A stretch of 63,308 nt of DNA, filler included, from 6 parts of 6 records of this genome joined end to end with filler, not necessarily neighbours in it; one strand, 5' to 3'. Counted from the whole stretch's first letter, positions 48,869-59,126 are shown. The notes: generated by a model from the letters alone, not told the origin. Numbers and translations: made by a program.

Positions 48869-49408
48869 ATGAAAATAGTAAAACTTCTTCTTTTTATGTT
48901 TTTGTCGAAAGGATTATTTGGTCAAGACACTATCTATGTTGAAAATAGATCAGAGCTTGAATCCTCAATAAAGTACTCATTTAATGATTATGTTGAAAGT
49001 GGGAACTATAAGATAAGAGATGAAATAAATGCAGCTTTTCTTAAATACGACTTTAGTGGTTCGGAATATAATTGTCAATATCAATTTATGTTTGGGGTTG
49101 CCATCGATTCATCCGGTTTTATTGTAGATTGTGAGTTTCTGAGTAGTAAAGTAGATCAGAGTGAACTACTAAAATTTAGTGACGATGTTGTGTTGATTTT
49201 AGAATCTTCTAATTGGATAATACATAACAGAGTTAATTTACTTGATTCGAGTTATTACTTCCATTCTGCAACATTGAGTTTTGAAATTAGTTGTGATCCT
49301 TCAGAAATAATTTTTCTTACGGAAAAACCTTTAAGACCCAGAGGCAATCGTGTTGTAGCTTTTAAGGAAGATGATAAAGTAATTAGTTTTGATGGTTTTA
49401 AAAGATAG
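48869..49408 (+). CDS. putative cognate immunity protein (secreted)
   Basis: 18 bp after the Rhs stop; signal peptide; function inferred from position. Confidence 0.6.
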   Translation: MKIVKLLLFMFLSKGLFGQDTIYVENRSELESSIKYSFNDYVESGNYKIRDEINAAFLKYDFSGSEYNCQYQFMFGVAIDSSGFIVDCEFLSSKVDQSELLKFSDDVVLILESSNWIIHNRVNLLDSSYYFHSATLSFEISCDPSEIIFLTEKPLRPRGNRVVAFKEDDKVISFDGFKR

Positions 49409-49489
49409 AGGTAGTGTACAGAAAGTGTGATAGTACAACTCACCAGCTACGTAGAAGTTGTACTTCTACGTAATACTAAAGAAACACAC

Positions 49490-49528
49490 AAAGCGTTTGA
49501 GAGAGAAATCTTTCAGACGCTTTTTTTT
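49490..49528 (+). terminator. intrinsic terminator
   Basis: AAAGCGTTTGAGAGA/TCTTTCAGACGCTTT stem plus T8; a further perfect 11-bp stem lies at 49448-49472. Confidence 0.75.
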
Positions 49529-49862
49529 AGACAGAATTAGATTGTTTTAGAGAATGCTTCTTTTAAAAATGAGTCAACTACTTTGGTAATGGTCCAATCT
49601 GCACTTTTTGATTTTCCAAACACTAAAGCATTGAAAAACAAATGGTTAAAAAATCAAGCTCTTTGAACCGAGCCTGCGAGCTCACCGAAGGTAAATAAGT
49701 GATACTGAGATAGGTCTGGATATACGAAAGTATCTTAGAAGGCTTTAAAATTAAAAGTTTCTCCTTCAACTATTCCGACTTATCAGTCGGGTTTCAGTCT
49801 TCAAAAGCAGTGCTTTTTCTTGTGGTTCTCCCGAAAGCTTTCGGGGTTGCACCTAACTAAAA

Positions 49863-50549
49863 ATGACCTGTAATCACTGTCCTTCTAAAAGCCTTTCAAA
49901 GAAAGGGAAAATTGGAATTAAGCAACGCTATCAATGTAACGCCTGTGGTAAATATCAACAAGATATTTATTCATATTCTCTATTTGACTCAAAGGATGAT
50001 CTCCAAATTAAACGACTGAATGCAGAAGGAGTTGGAATTCGTTCAATGTCGAGGATTCTCGGATACTCCCGAGGAACTATACTTCGTAGAATTTTGTATT
50101 TAGCTTCGAGAATTACGAAACCGATCTATTCCGAGAACAATCAAATCTACGAAGTCGATGAGATGTGGACATTTGTTGGAAGGAAAGATCCTTCACATTA
50201 CAGTTGGATCACCTATGCCATGAATCGAAGAACACGTTGTATCATTGACGTTGCCTTTGGGTCAAGAAGTAAAAAGAATTTAAAGCAAGTGATTGATTCA
50301 GTGAAAGCACACAACCCGCAGAAAATTGTCACAGATAAATTGATCACTTATCCGAATTTGGTTAAACCAATAAGTCACGACACCACGAGATATTCTAACA
50401 ATAGAATTGAAAGAGGAAATCTGACATTGAGAACGCATATCAAACGACTCTTCAGAAAAACGATTTGTTTCAGTAAATCACAGAAGATGTTGGAAGCGTG
50501 TGTCCTACTCTACTTGGATTTTCATTATTGGAAGTTGAAAATGGATTGA
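49863..50549 (+). mobile_element. IS1-family transposase (single ORF: Zn finger, HTH, DDE)
   Basis: CNHC...QRYQCNAC; GIRSMSRIL; EVDEMWTFVG, TD..Y, IERGNLTLR, RKTICFSKS. Confidence 0.92.
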
Positions 50550-50781
50550 TTTCACTGCTAACAAAAAATACCTAACCAAGTACTCCTCTCACTTTCATTT
50601 ATCCAACTCCCCCGTGCCCAATAAATACACTTTTAGAAAAGAAAACTAACTTGTACAATGTATTGGATAATCAGTTAACACAAGATAATTTTTTTGAATA
50701 TATTGGAGCGCAAACTAAATTCTATATGGATACAAAAGCGCAGCTATTGTGAAACACGATATTAAATAAAAAATCAATAAA

Positions 50782-50958
50782 ATGTCCCGAAAGTTTTTAT
50801 TTATCATTTCATTGACTTTTCTCTATTCCTGTAGTGCAAAAGAAAATAGCGAAAATGGCACATGTGTACTTTATCAATGTGCGGTTATTAGCAATGAAAA
50901 TCAAAGCCATGGTAAGGCGATGGAGAATCTAAGTCGAATAACAGAGCTAAATTTTTAG
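50782..50958 (+). pseudogene. truncated lipoprotein fragment (possible decayed immunity gene)
   Basis: Hand translation, 58 aa, MSRKFLFIISLTFLYSC... with lipobox, then an early stop. Confidence 0.45.
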
Positions 50959-51175
50959 CACCCTACGCTGTGCTACCATCATTTTATTTACATCTTCGAA
51001 TATTAAATCTGATGATGAACAAGCTGTGAAGTGGTTTAATCACTATGGTTTCAAAAAGGAAGAATATAACCCCAGCATTGGACAATAATGGAAAGTGGAT
51101 ACTCTCTGATTATAAAAATCAGCCCAAAAAGGAATATAGTTAAGAATGTAATAACAACTAATGGTAAAATAACTT

Positions 51176-51832
51176 ATGATATTATCAGATAATAAGAGAT
51201 TAGTATTGTTGATGCTCATTTTTTTAAATGGAAATATTATGTACGGACAATCATATTCGGAAGATGTGTTTGAAAGTTATATACAGGTTATGGAACTTCG
51301 TGAGTATTTTATAAATTCAGAGAAACATAATTCTATTATATTAAATAATTGGAAATTGAAATCTGGATCAGATTCATTATCAATTATTGAGGGTGTTGGA
51401 TTGAATAAAAATTATGGCAAATTAGTATACTTTGTTAAATCGAATGAAGTTGATGTTCACTTTATTGTGATGGGACGCATGTTAGAGGATAGTATTGAAA
51501 GGAAACTCGGACCGTTGGAGATTTATGAAATTCGAGGAGATTTAACGCTTAACTACGGGTATTGCACTACAATTGATGGCTTACCAACAATCGACTCTTT
51601 TGAAAACTCTGTTTTTATAAATGAATGGTTGCAATCAAACTCCGAAAAATGCAATAATAATGTTAACATTCTCATTGAAGGTGAAGAAAATAAAAAGATT
51701 ACATTTTTAAATTTAATAGATGGGATTTATTCATATGCAGGAGAAAGCAAAAAGAAGCGGTTGATTTCAATATTTTATAAAGATCTTAGAAAAGGTATTC
51801 GTCCTAAATCTCACAGCTACAAAAAGACATAA
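51176..51832 (+). CDS. hypothetical secreted protein, putative orphan immunity
   Basis: 218 aa, signal-like N-terminus, very AT-rich, same strand as rhs. Confidence 0.6.
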   Translation: MILSDNKRLVLLMLIFLNGNIMYGQSYSEDVFESYIQVMELREYFINSEKHNSIILNNWKLKSGSDSLSIIEGVGLNKNYGKLVYFVKSNEVDVHFIVMGRMLEDSIERKLGPLEIYEIRGDLTLNYGYCTTIDGLPTIDSFENSVFINEWLQSNSEKCNNNVNILIEGEENKKITFLNLIDGIYSYAGESKKKRLISIFYKDLRKGIRPKSHSYKKT

Positions 51833-51970
51833 AAACAAAATAAGACAAGCCAGTAATGGTTCAATCTGCTCTTTTCAAAAAAAACGATAATGTAAAATCA
51901 CTTAAAAAATTCGCGCTGCAATGGATGTGTGTGCAACTGCAGTGAAACAGACGTAATTAAATCATAAAAT

Positions 51971-52327
51971 ATGGGGCCTTGCATATCTATTTTTTTGTCA
52001 CGAAAAAGAACAATTGAAACCAGAGGGGTTTTCGAAGAGTTTATTTCATTTTTTTTTGACGAAGTAAAAAAAACAAGAAAAGGAATGTTTTGGGAATGTC
52101 TAAAAGACAATTGTCTTTACAGCGTTACGTTTGTTGATATGAATGAAGATTTAATCTTTGAATCTGAAAAAATATACGAAGCAACGAATAAATATGGCAT
52201 TGATCGTGTATCTTTAATTACTATCTGTTCTGGAAAGAAGGGAAGGGAAACGGAAAGATTAATTTCTATCTTTTTTTACAAATTAGAGAATGAGATTTTT
52301 GATAAGGATTTAGTTTTTGTTTTTTGA
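51971..52327 (+). CDS. hypothetical protein, putative orphan immunity
   Basis: 118-aa ORF in the Rhs downstream array. Confidence 0.45.
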   Translation: MGPCISIFLSRKRTIETRGVFEEFISFFFDEVKKTRKGMFWECLKDNCLYSVTFVDMNEDLIFESEKIYEATNKYGIDRVSLITICSGKKGRETERLISIFFYKLENEIFDKDLVFVF

Positions 52328-52381
52328 TGAGGCTTTAAAATTATATTTCTCTTTCACTATTCCTACTTATTCCGTTGCGAT

Positions 52382-52570
52382 TTGCTGCTGCCCAAAAGGA
52401 GCGGAGTTACAGCAAGAGGGGATGATATTAAAATTGTGTCTGATCCAAAAGATAAAGCTAATTTCATTAATCGCGATGGTTCACCCAGACATTTCAAAAG
52501 AGAGTTAGATTATTTAAAAAAGAAAGGTTACGAAATCGGAGATGATGGATATGCCAGAAAAACTAATTAA
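52382..52570 (+). pseudogene. orphan toxin C-terminal fragment
   Basis: ARGDDI...F.RELDYL.KKGY resembles polymorphic toxin tips; no convincing start; stop 2 bp before the next gene. Confidence 0.55.
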
Positions 52571-52572
52571 CT

Positions 52573-53016
52573 ATGAACATATATCCCTTGTATTTAAAAA
52601 TGAAAGTAAATGCTATAAAAGGATTGGTAAACAAAGACTTTTCTATATTTCAAGAAACAAATAATTCTATTACATTCGTTAATAAAGACAACTTTTTTAT
52701 CTCTTTGATAAATCAAGGTTATGATTATCCTCAAACATATTTCGGGAAAACTTATAATTTAAACGATATGATTAGCTTGGATTTTTCTGTTGAGCTTTTT
52801 CTGACAGGAAAAATTGAATTAACAGATAATTGTAATAAAAGAAATGGATTTTACGATTTCACATATGACCTAGATCTACTTGAGAACTATTATAGTAATT
52901 TTTATGACATTGATTTACTGAAATATCAAGAATGGGAAAGGGATAATTTCGATAAAATACTTTTGATTGCTGACAAATTATATAACTCAAGAGACGAAGG
53001 TAAACGGATAGTGTAA
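52573..53016 (+). CDS. putative immunity protein paired with the toxin fragment
   Basis: 147 aa, acidic/aromatic, tightly coupled to the preceding stop. Confidence 0.6.
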   Translation: MNIYPLYLKMKVNAIKGLVNKDFSIFQETNNSITFVNKDNFFISLINQGYDYPQTYFGKTYNLNDMISLDFSVELFLTGKIELTDNCNKRNGFYDFTYDLDLLENYYSNFYDIDLLKYQEWERDNFDKILLIADKLYNSRDEGKRIV

Positions 53017-53187
53017 CATCGACCTAAAATGAGAGGTTAAAAAGTTAGCTTTCCCGCTGCGTAGCGGCCGTGCTTTTTGCGAAAAAAGATATTAGTTTCA
53101 CTCCCCTCTCACCTCCCCTCTCACCTCCACTTATCTCTATCTCCCGTTTCAAAAGTTAACTTTCGATATTTCACTGCAGCTTGATCC

Positions 53188-53287
53188 NNNNNNNNNNNNN
53201 NNNNNNNNNNNNNNNNNNNNNNNNNNNNNNNTTAATTAATTAANNNNNNNNNNNNNNNNNNNNNNNNNNNNNNNNNNNNNNNNNNNN
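53188..53287. other. artificial contig spacer
   Basis: N44-TTAATTAATTAA-N44. Confidence 0.99.
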
Positions 53288-54037
53288 ATCTCCTAAAGTT
53301 CTAAAACGAATTTTCTTCACAACAACCTCCTCATTTTCTTCCAACGTTAAAAACTCTGAATTTGGAATCCAAGAACCTTGTCTCCAAACTACTTCTCGCT
53401 CATGTGCAAAATAAAGTGATGGAATGGCTATATTTTCACGTTTAATATAATTCCAAACATCCATTTCTGTCCAGTTACTTATAGGAAACGCTCTAAAATG
53501 CTCTCCTTCAAAATGTTTTCCATTAAAAATATTCCATAACTCTGGGCGTTGGTTTTTCGGATCCCATTGTCCAAAATCATCTCGATGGGAGAAAAAACGT
53601 TCTTTTGCTCTAGCTTTCTCTTCATCACGACGCCCACCACCAATAGCACAATCTATTTTATTAGCCTCAATTGCATCAAGCAACGTAGTAATTTGTAGTG
53701 CATTTCTAGTGGCACTCTTTCCTTTTTCTTCAGCAACGCGTCCTTGATCGATAGATTCTTGTACAGAACCTACAATAAGTTGAGCACCTAGGTCTTTAAT
53801 AATATCATCTCTGAACTTTATTGTCTCAGGGAAATTATGGCCTGTATCTACGTGCATTAAGGGGAAAGGTATCTTAGCTGGATAAAACGCTTTCTTTGCC
53901 AAGTGCGTTACTAAAATAGAATCTTTACCTCCTGAAAATAAAATCACAGGGTTTTCAAACTGTGCCCACACTTCTCTTAATACAAAGATTGCTTCTGCCT
54001 CTAATTCGTCTAAATAATTTAAATAGTACTTACTCAT
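53288..54037 (-). CDS. cysD: sulfate adenylyltransferase subunit 2 (3'-truncated)
   Basis: LFSGGKDS, HVDTGHNF, GGRRDEEKARAKER, RFRTLGD. Confidence 0.97.
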
Positions 54038-54633
54038 TTTGTTTTGAGTTGTAATTTGTCAATGATTGTTTTATATATTTTTTCTACTGATTCTTCAATT
54101 GAATCGTTATCCGTAACTTCTACATCTGGTCTTTCTGGTGCTTCATAAGGAGCGTCAACCCCTGTCATATTAGGTATCTCTCCTGCTCTTGCCTTCTTAT
54201 ATAACCCTTTAACATCTCGGCTTTCGCATACAGAAATATCCGTATTTACAAAAACTTCGACAAAGTTATCAGAATTCACCACTTTTTCTACCATTTCCCT
54301 ATCTTTTTTGTAGGGTGCTACAAAAGCTGCCAAAACTACGAGCCCTGCATCAATCATCAAATTTGCTATCTCCGCTATTCTTCTAATGTTTTCGCTTCTA
54401 TCTTCAGGATCAAAAGTAAGATCTTTATTAATCCCTTTTCGCACATTATCACCATCTAATACATAGGTATTTATACCCTCATTATAAAGTTTTTGTTCTA
54501 GAGCATTCGCAATTGTAGATTTTCCTGACCCCGACAGACCTGTAAAAAAAATCAAAAAGGAATTATGTTTATTTCGAATTATACGCTCTTTCCTTGTTAA
54601 CTTATATTGATGCGTTATGATGTTCTTCTCCAT
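54034..54633 (-). CDS. cysC: adenylylsulfate kinase
   Basis: TGLSGSGKSTIA, LDGDNVR, RDVKGLY. Confidence 0.97.
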   Translation of the reverse strand: MEKNIITHQYKLTRKERIIRNKHNSFLIFFTGLSGSGKSTIANALEQKLYNEGINTYVLDGDNVRKGINKDLTFDPEDRSENIRRIAEIANLMIDAGLVVLAAFVAPYKKDREMVEKVVNSDNFVEVFVNTDISVCESRDVKGLYKKARAGEIPNMTGVDAPYEAPERPDVEVTDNDSIEESVEKIYKTIIDKLQLKTK

Positions 54634-55040
54634 TTTTTTGCTCTATTCCTTTTATCCAAACCGTAGTTAACTCTGTACCAAACACGTTCATGGAAGTAAT
54701 ATAACAACATTTTTGTAATTACCTCTGTAAAACCAATTTGCAAACCTACTATAGAATCTCCAGAGATTATCCATGCTAAAAGCATAGTATCCATAGTCCC
54801 TACAAAACGCCATGTTACCGTTTTAACTATATGACGCTTATTACTGTTCTCTATTTTAAAGTTATACCACGCTTTTTCATGAAAGTAATACAAAATCATT
54901 TTTGTAACAACTTCTGCAAATCCAATCTTCAAACCTGTGGTTGGATCTCCAGAAATTAACCACGAGAGTAAAATTGTATCTATAGTCCCTACAAGGCGCC
55001 ATGTAATGGTTTTCGCAATATGTCGTTTTTGTACTCCCAC
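54615..55040 (-). CDS. DUF2061 membrane protein (tandem duplicated domain)
   Basis: Two copies of RH..KT.TWR.VGT.DT...KM.LYYFHE..W. Confidence 0.9.
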   Translation of the reverse strand: MGVQKRHIAKTITWRLVGTIDTILLSWLISGDPTTGLKIGFAEVVTKMILYYFHEKAWYNFKIENSNKRHIVKTVTWRFVGTMDTMLLAWIISGDSIVGLQIGFTEVITKMLLYYFHERVWYRVNYGLDKRNRAKKWRRTS

Positions 55041-55053
55041 TACTGTAGCATTC

Positions 55054-55839
55054 TTATTTTACCAAAAAATAATTATTTAACAAATTTTCTCTATTGTAGA
55101 CTAACGGCTTTTGAGTTGATTGATCTATAACCTCAAACCCCACGGCGTTACAAATAGCTTGTCCTGCTGCTGTATCCCACTCCATAGTAGGGGCAAAACG
55201 AGGATAGATATCTGCCTTTCCTTCTGCTACCAAACAAAACTTTAAAGAACTACCTTTAGATACAATTTGCACCTTATTATATTTAGCTTTCAAATCTTCT
55301 ACAAAGTTCTCTGTATCAACATTCATATGCGAACGACTTCCAACCACACGGATTAAATCTTTACTATTATTAAATGTTGGTTGTATTTCGTTATTCACTA
55401 CATAAAGATTAGAAAAATCCTCTTCACTATTATCTACTTTAATTTTCCAAGCTTTATTTACAGTTACATCTCCAACATATAATTCCTTAGTAACTGGCAC
55501 ATAAATTACTCCATATACAGGAATTCTGTTTTCAACCAGCGCTATATTAACAGTAAACTCTCCATTTTTCTTAATAAACTCCTTTGTTCCATCCAATGGA
55601 TCCACTATCCAACATTTGTCCCAATTTTTTCTTTCAGAAAAATCAATTTGTTTATTTTCCTCACTAATGATAGGGATATCAGTTTTTTCTAAATATGATT
55701 GTATAACGTCATTTGAAGCTTTATCGGCAATTGTTAAAGGTGAATCATCCTTTTTATACTTAACCTGAATATCTTCATTATATATTTCAATAATTTTTTC
55801 ACCTGCTACAATTGCAGCCTTTATAACATCATTCATCAT
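55054..55839 (-). CDS. cysQ: 3'(2'),5'-bisphosphate nucleotidase
   Basis: K.DDSPLT.AD, DPLDGTKEF, GSSLKFC, EWDTAAG. Confidence 0.96.
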   Translation of the reverse strand: MMNDVIKAAIVAGEKIIEIYNEDIQVKYKKDDSPLTIADKASNDVIQSYLEKTDIPIISEENKQIDFSERKNWDKCWIVDPLDGTKEFIKKNGEFTVNIALVENRIPVYGVIYVPVTKELYVGDVTVNKAWKIKVDNSEEDFSNLYVVNNEIQPTFNNSKDLIRVVGSRSHMNVDTENFVEDLKAKYNKVQIVSKGSSLKFCLVAEGKADIYPRFAPTMEWDTAAGQAICNAVGFEVIDQSTQKPLVYNRENLLNNYFLVK

Positions 55840-55842
55840 AAA

Positions 55843-57054
55843 TTATTTCTTTATTCCGCAGAAGTCTAACACCATCTTATCTTCAGCTATCTTCAATTCT
55901 TTAAACTCATTATGTGCCACTAAAAACACTATAATATCTGCTTTCTCCACCGCTTCTTTATACCCAATAAGCTTAAAAACTTTATGTTCTGTTATATTTG
56001 GCTCTACAATATAGTACTCTTCATTATTTGCATTTTGCAAAACTTTCTGAGCTATGTATTTTGCAGGGGACTCTCTTAAATCGTCAATATTTGGCTTAAA
56101 CGCCAAGCCCATCAGGGCGATATTAGGCTTTCTTCCGTGTTTTAATTCAAATTCTAACTTAGCGGTTTGTACTTTCTCAGCACACCAAAAAGATTTGTAA
56201 TTATTTATCTCACGAGCCTTACCTATAATCTGAGATTCCATTGGGTAATCGGCTACAATAAAATAAGGATCCACCGCTATACAGTGTCCACCTACACCAC
56301 AACCAGGCTGTAATATATTTACTCGAGGATGCTTATTAGCTAAATTTATCAGTTCCCAAACATTAATATCTGCTTTATCACAGATTAATGAAAGTTCGTT
56401 AGCAAAAGCAATCTGAACGTCTCTTGAAGAGTTTTCTACCAATTTACACATCTCAGCTGTACGCGCATTGGTTTTATGTAATTCTCCTTTTATAAACTGA
56501 CTATAAAAAGCAACTGCTTTTTCAGTAGACTTATCATCCACCCCTCCTATTACTCTATCATTATGCACTAACTCGTACATTACATTACCAGGAAGTACTC
56601 GTTCAGGACAATAAGCTATATATAGTTTACCCTCTAATTCAGGACGTTCAGAAAAAATCAATTGCATCATCTTTTCTGTAGTACCGATAGGAGATGTAGA
56701 CTCGATAATATACAAATCCCCCTCTTTCAATAAAGGAAGAACAGCTTTCGTTGCTGCTTCTACAAATGAAATGTCTGGTTCGTTTTTCCCTTTAAAAGGG
56801 GTTGGTACCACTATAAGATATGCACCCGCTTCTACTGGTTTCACATCAGCACGTAAATATCCCCTTTCAACAGCATTTGCGACCGCTTTATCCAATTCAG
56901 GCTCTATAATATGTATTTTTCCTTCATTAATAGTCTCCACCACTTTAGGATTAACATCAACTCCGTGTACATATGTTTTGTTTTGAGCAATTAAAGCTGC
57001 GGTAGGCAGACCTATATAGCCCAATCCTACCATTACTACTTCTGGATTATTCAT
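55843..57054 (-). CDS. wecC: UDP-N-acetyl-D-mannosamine dehydrogenase
   Basis: GLGYIGLPTA, CPERVLPG, GVGGHCIAVDP, FKPNIDDLRESP. Confidence 0.95.
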   Translation of the reverse strand: MNNPEVVMVGLGYIGLPTAALIAQNKTYVHGVDVNPKVVETINEGKIHIIEPELDKAVANAVERGYLRADVKPVEAGAYLIVVPTPFKGKNEPDISFVEAATKAVLPLLKEGDLYIIESTSPIGTTEKMMQLIFSERPELEGKLYIAYCPERVLPGNVMYELVHNDRVIGGVDDKSTEKAVAFYSQFIKGELHKTNARTAEMCKLVENSSRDVQIAFANELSLICDKADINVWELINLANKHPRVNILQPGCGVGGHCIAVDPYFIVADYPMESQIIGKAREINNYKSFWCAEKVQTAKLEFELKHGRKPNIALMGLAFKPNIDDLRESPAKYIAQKVLQNANNEEYYIVEPNITEHKVFKLIGYKEAVEKADIIVFLVAHNEFKELKIAEDKMVLDFCGIKK

Positions 57055-58183
57055 TAGATATTCCTTTTATAAAATCAACTATTCTTTCGCATGCTTTCCC
57101 ATCCCCATAAGGATTATGTAAAGCACTCATTTTCTTATAAGCATCATCATCATTTAACAACGAATTCGCTTCATCAACTATTTTCTTTGGATCTGTTCCA
57201 ACTAATAAAACGGTTCCGGCTTCTACAGCTTCAGGGCGCTCCGTCGTATTTCGCATAACCAAAACAGGTTTCCCTAAACTTGGTGCCTCTTCTTGTACTC
57301 CTCCACTATCCGTAATTATTAAGTATGACTTCTCCATTAACCATACAAATGCAGGATACGAAAGAGGCGCTATTAACTTAATATTATCTATCCCCGCCAA
57401 CAAATCATACACTGGCTTTTGAACATTAGGATTTAAATGCACAGGGTATATTATCTGAGATTCAGGATGGTTCTTTGCTATTTCCTTTAAAGCAGCACAT
57501 ATATTTAAAAAACCTTGCCCATGATTTTCTCTTCTATGCCCAGTTACAAGTATTACTTTCTTATGATCATCTATTAACTTTTGTAACTCTACAACCTCAT
57601 CATCAATAAAACTTGATGATTTTATTTTATTCACACTGAATAGTAGTGCATCAATTACCGTATTTCCAGTTACTAAAATTGAGTTTTCTTTCTTATTTTC
57701 TCTTAGTAAATTTTCTTTTGAAGTTTCAGTAGGAGAAAAATGATAATTAGAAACTACTCCAGTCACAGATCTATTCATTTCTTCTGGGAATGGAGATTGC
57801 ATATCGAACGTACGAAGTCCTGCTTCTACATGACATACTTTGGCTCCTGCATAAAAAGCAGCTATGCTAGATGCCATAGTGGTAGTTGTATCTCCGTGCA
57901 CGTATACATAATCTGGAGTAAACTCTTCTAAAACAGGTTTTAGGTTTGTTATAATGTCTGATGTAAGTGTGTATAAATTTTGATTGGGCTTCATCAAATT
58001 CAAATCAAAATCTGGTTCAATTTCAAAGAAAGCAAGGACTTGATCTAACATCTCTCTGTGCTGGGCAGTGATACACACTTTAGTATCAAAAACATCAGCG
58101 CTTTTTCGAAACTCTTTAACAAGCGGAGCCATTTTAATAGCTTCAGGGCGAGTTCCGAAAATAATCAAATTTTTAATTCTCAT
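57047..58183 (-). CDS. wecB: UDP-N-acetylglucosamine 2-epimerase (non-hydrolysing)
   Basis: FGTRPEAIKMAP, HGDTTT, HVEAGLR, TDSGGVQEEAP. Confidence 0.96.
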   Translation of the reverse strand: MRIKNLIIFGTRPEAIKMAPLVKEFRKSADVFDTKVCITAQHREMLDQVLAFFEIEPDFDLNLMKPNQNLYTLTSDIITNLKPVLEEFTPDYVYVHGDTTTTMASSIAAFYAGAKVCHVEAGLRTFDMQSPFPEEMNRSVTGVVSNYHFSPTETSKENLLRENKKENSILVTGNTVIDALLFSVNKIKSSSFIDDEVVELQKLIDDHKKVILVTGHRRENHGQGFLNICAALKEIAKNHPESQIIYPVHLNPNVQKPVYDLLAGIDNIKLIAPLSYPAFVWLMEKSYLIITDSGGVQEEAPSLGKPVLVMRNTTERPEAVEAGTVLLVGTDPKKIVDEANSLLNDDDAYKKMSALHNPYGDGKACERIVDFIKGISNE

Positions 58184-58271
58184 TAAATTCCTTTAAGATT
58201 TCTTTTACATTTTGCACAAAAATACAATAATCGGCTTTATCTCCAAGACTTTTAAGAATTAATACACTAAC

Positions 58272-59126
58272 CTATAGAAGCACACTATACTTTGGCCTCT
58301 TTGCTTTGGTTATATATGAGTTATCACACACAACTTCAACCTCTTCAATTTCATTCTGTTTCACTATTTTTTTTGCAAAATCAAACCAACTCAATATTTC
58401 TGTATCACAATAGTGTTTTATTCCATAAAGGGTGTTTTTCCCCTCTACAAGTTCTTTTATAAAATAATGAAGGTTTACGGTATCTGTAGGGCAACCTATT
58501 TGGTTATCTACAACACGAATCTCTTGTCCTTCCTTTGCTTTCTCTACTATTGTTTTATAAAAATTCTTTCCAAACTCCTTACTATACAACCATGAAGTAC
58601 GAATAATAAAATACGCTGTCAAGAGCTCTTGAATGCATTGCTCTCCCTTTAACTTTGACTTCCCATATTCATTAATAGGATTTGGTTTGTCGGTTACTGT
58701 ATATGGTGTACCTTTCTCTCCATCAAAAACATAATCTGTAGAAATATGGATTAGTGTTGTTTGATACTCCTTACATGCTACTGCTATTTTTTTAACCCCT
58801 TCGGCATTTACCAAAAAAGCTTTTCCTGGTTCCTCTTCTGCTTTTTCTACATTGGTATAAGCTGCACAATTAATACAATAATCTGGTTGGTGTTTTTTAA
58901 ATACTTCTGCTATTGAAGCCTCATTTGTAATATTTAATTCTTCTGAAGTACAAAAAATAAACACTGCATTTTCATATTCCTTTTTGTATTTCTGAATAGT
59001 AAGTCCTAACTGACCATTAGCTCCAGTTACTAATATAGTTACTTTTTTTTGCTCTTCGATGCTTCGACCTTGCTCAACACAAGCTTGCTCAGAGTGACAT
59101 ATTTCAGGTTTTAAATCGCTCATCAT
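58272..59126 (-). CDS. rfbD: dTDP-4-dehydrorhamnose reductase with N-terminal extension
   Basis: VTGANGQLG, NCAAYT.V, HISTDYVFDG, YGKSK; ATG overlaps the rfbC stop (TGATG). Confidence 0.93.
   Translation of the reverse strand: MMSDLKPEICHSEQACVEQGRSIEEQKKVTILVTGANGQLGLTIQKYKKEYENAVFIFCTSEELNITNEASIAEVFKKHQPDYCINCAAYTNVEKAEEEPGKAFLVNAEGVKKIAVACKEYQTTLIHISTDYVFDGEKGTPYTVTDKPNPINEYGKSKLKGEQCIQELLTAYFIIRTSWLYSKEFGKNFYKTIVEKAKEGQEIRVVDNQIGCPTDTVNLHYFIKELVEGKNTLYGIKHYCDTEILSWFDFAKKIVKQNEIEEVEVVCDNSYITKAKRPKYSVLL
59052..59099. repeat. nested REP-like element inside the 5' end of rfbD
   Basis: CTCTTCGA-[TGCTTCGACCTTGCTCAACACAAGC]-TTGCTCAGAGTGACA, resembling the flavobacterial CTTCGAC..GCTCAG..TGAC repeat. 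Confidence 0.65.

Noticed and set aside
53101-53130. CTCCCCTCTCAC tandem repeat (about 2.4 copies)
   Set aside because: Too short and near a contig end; no support for a function
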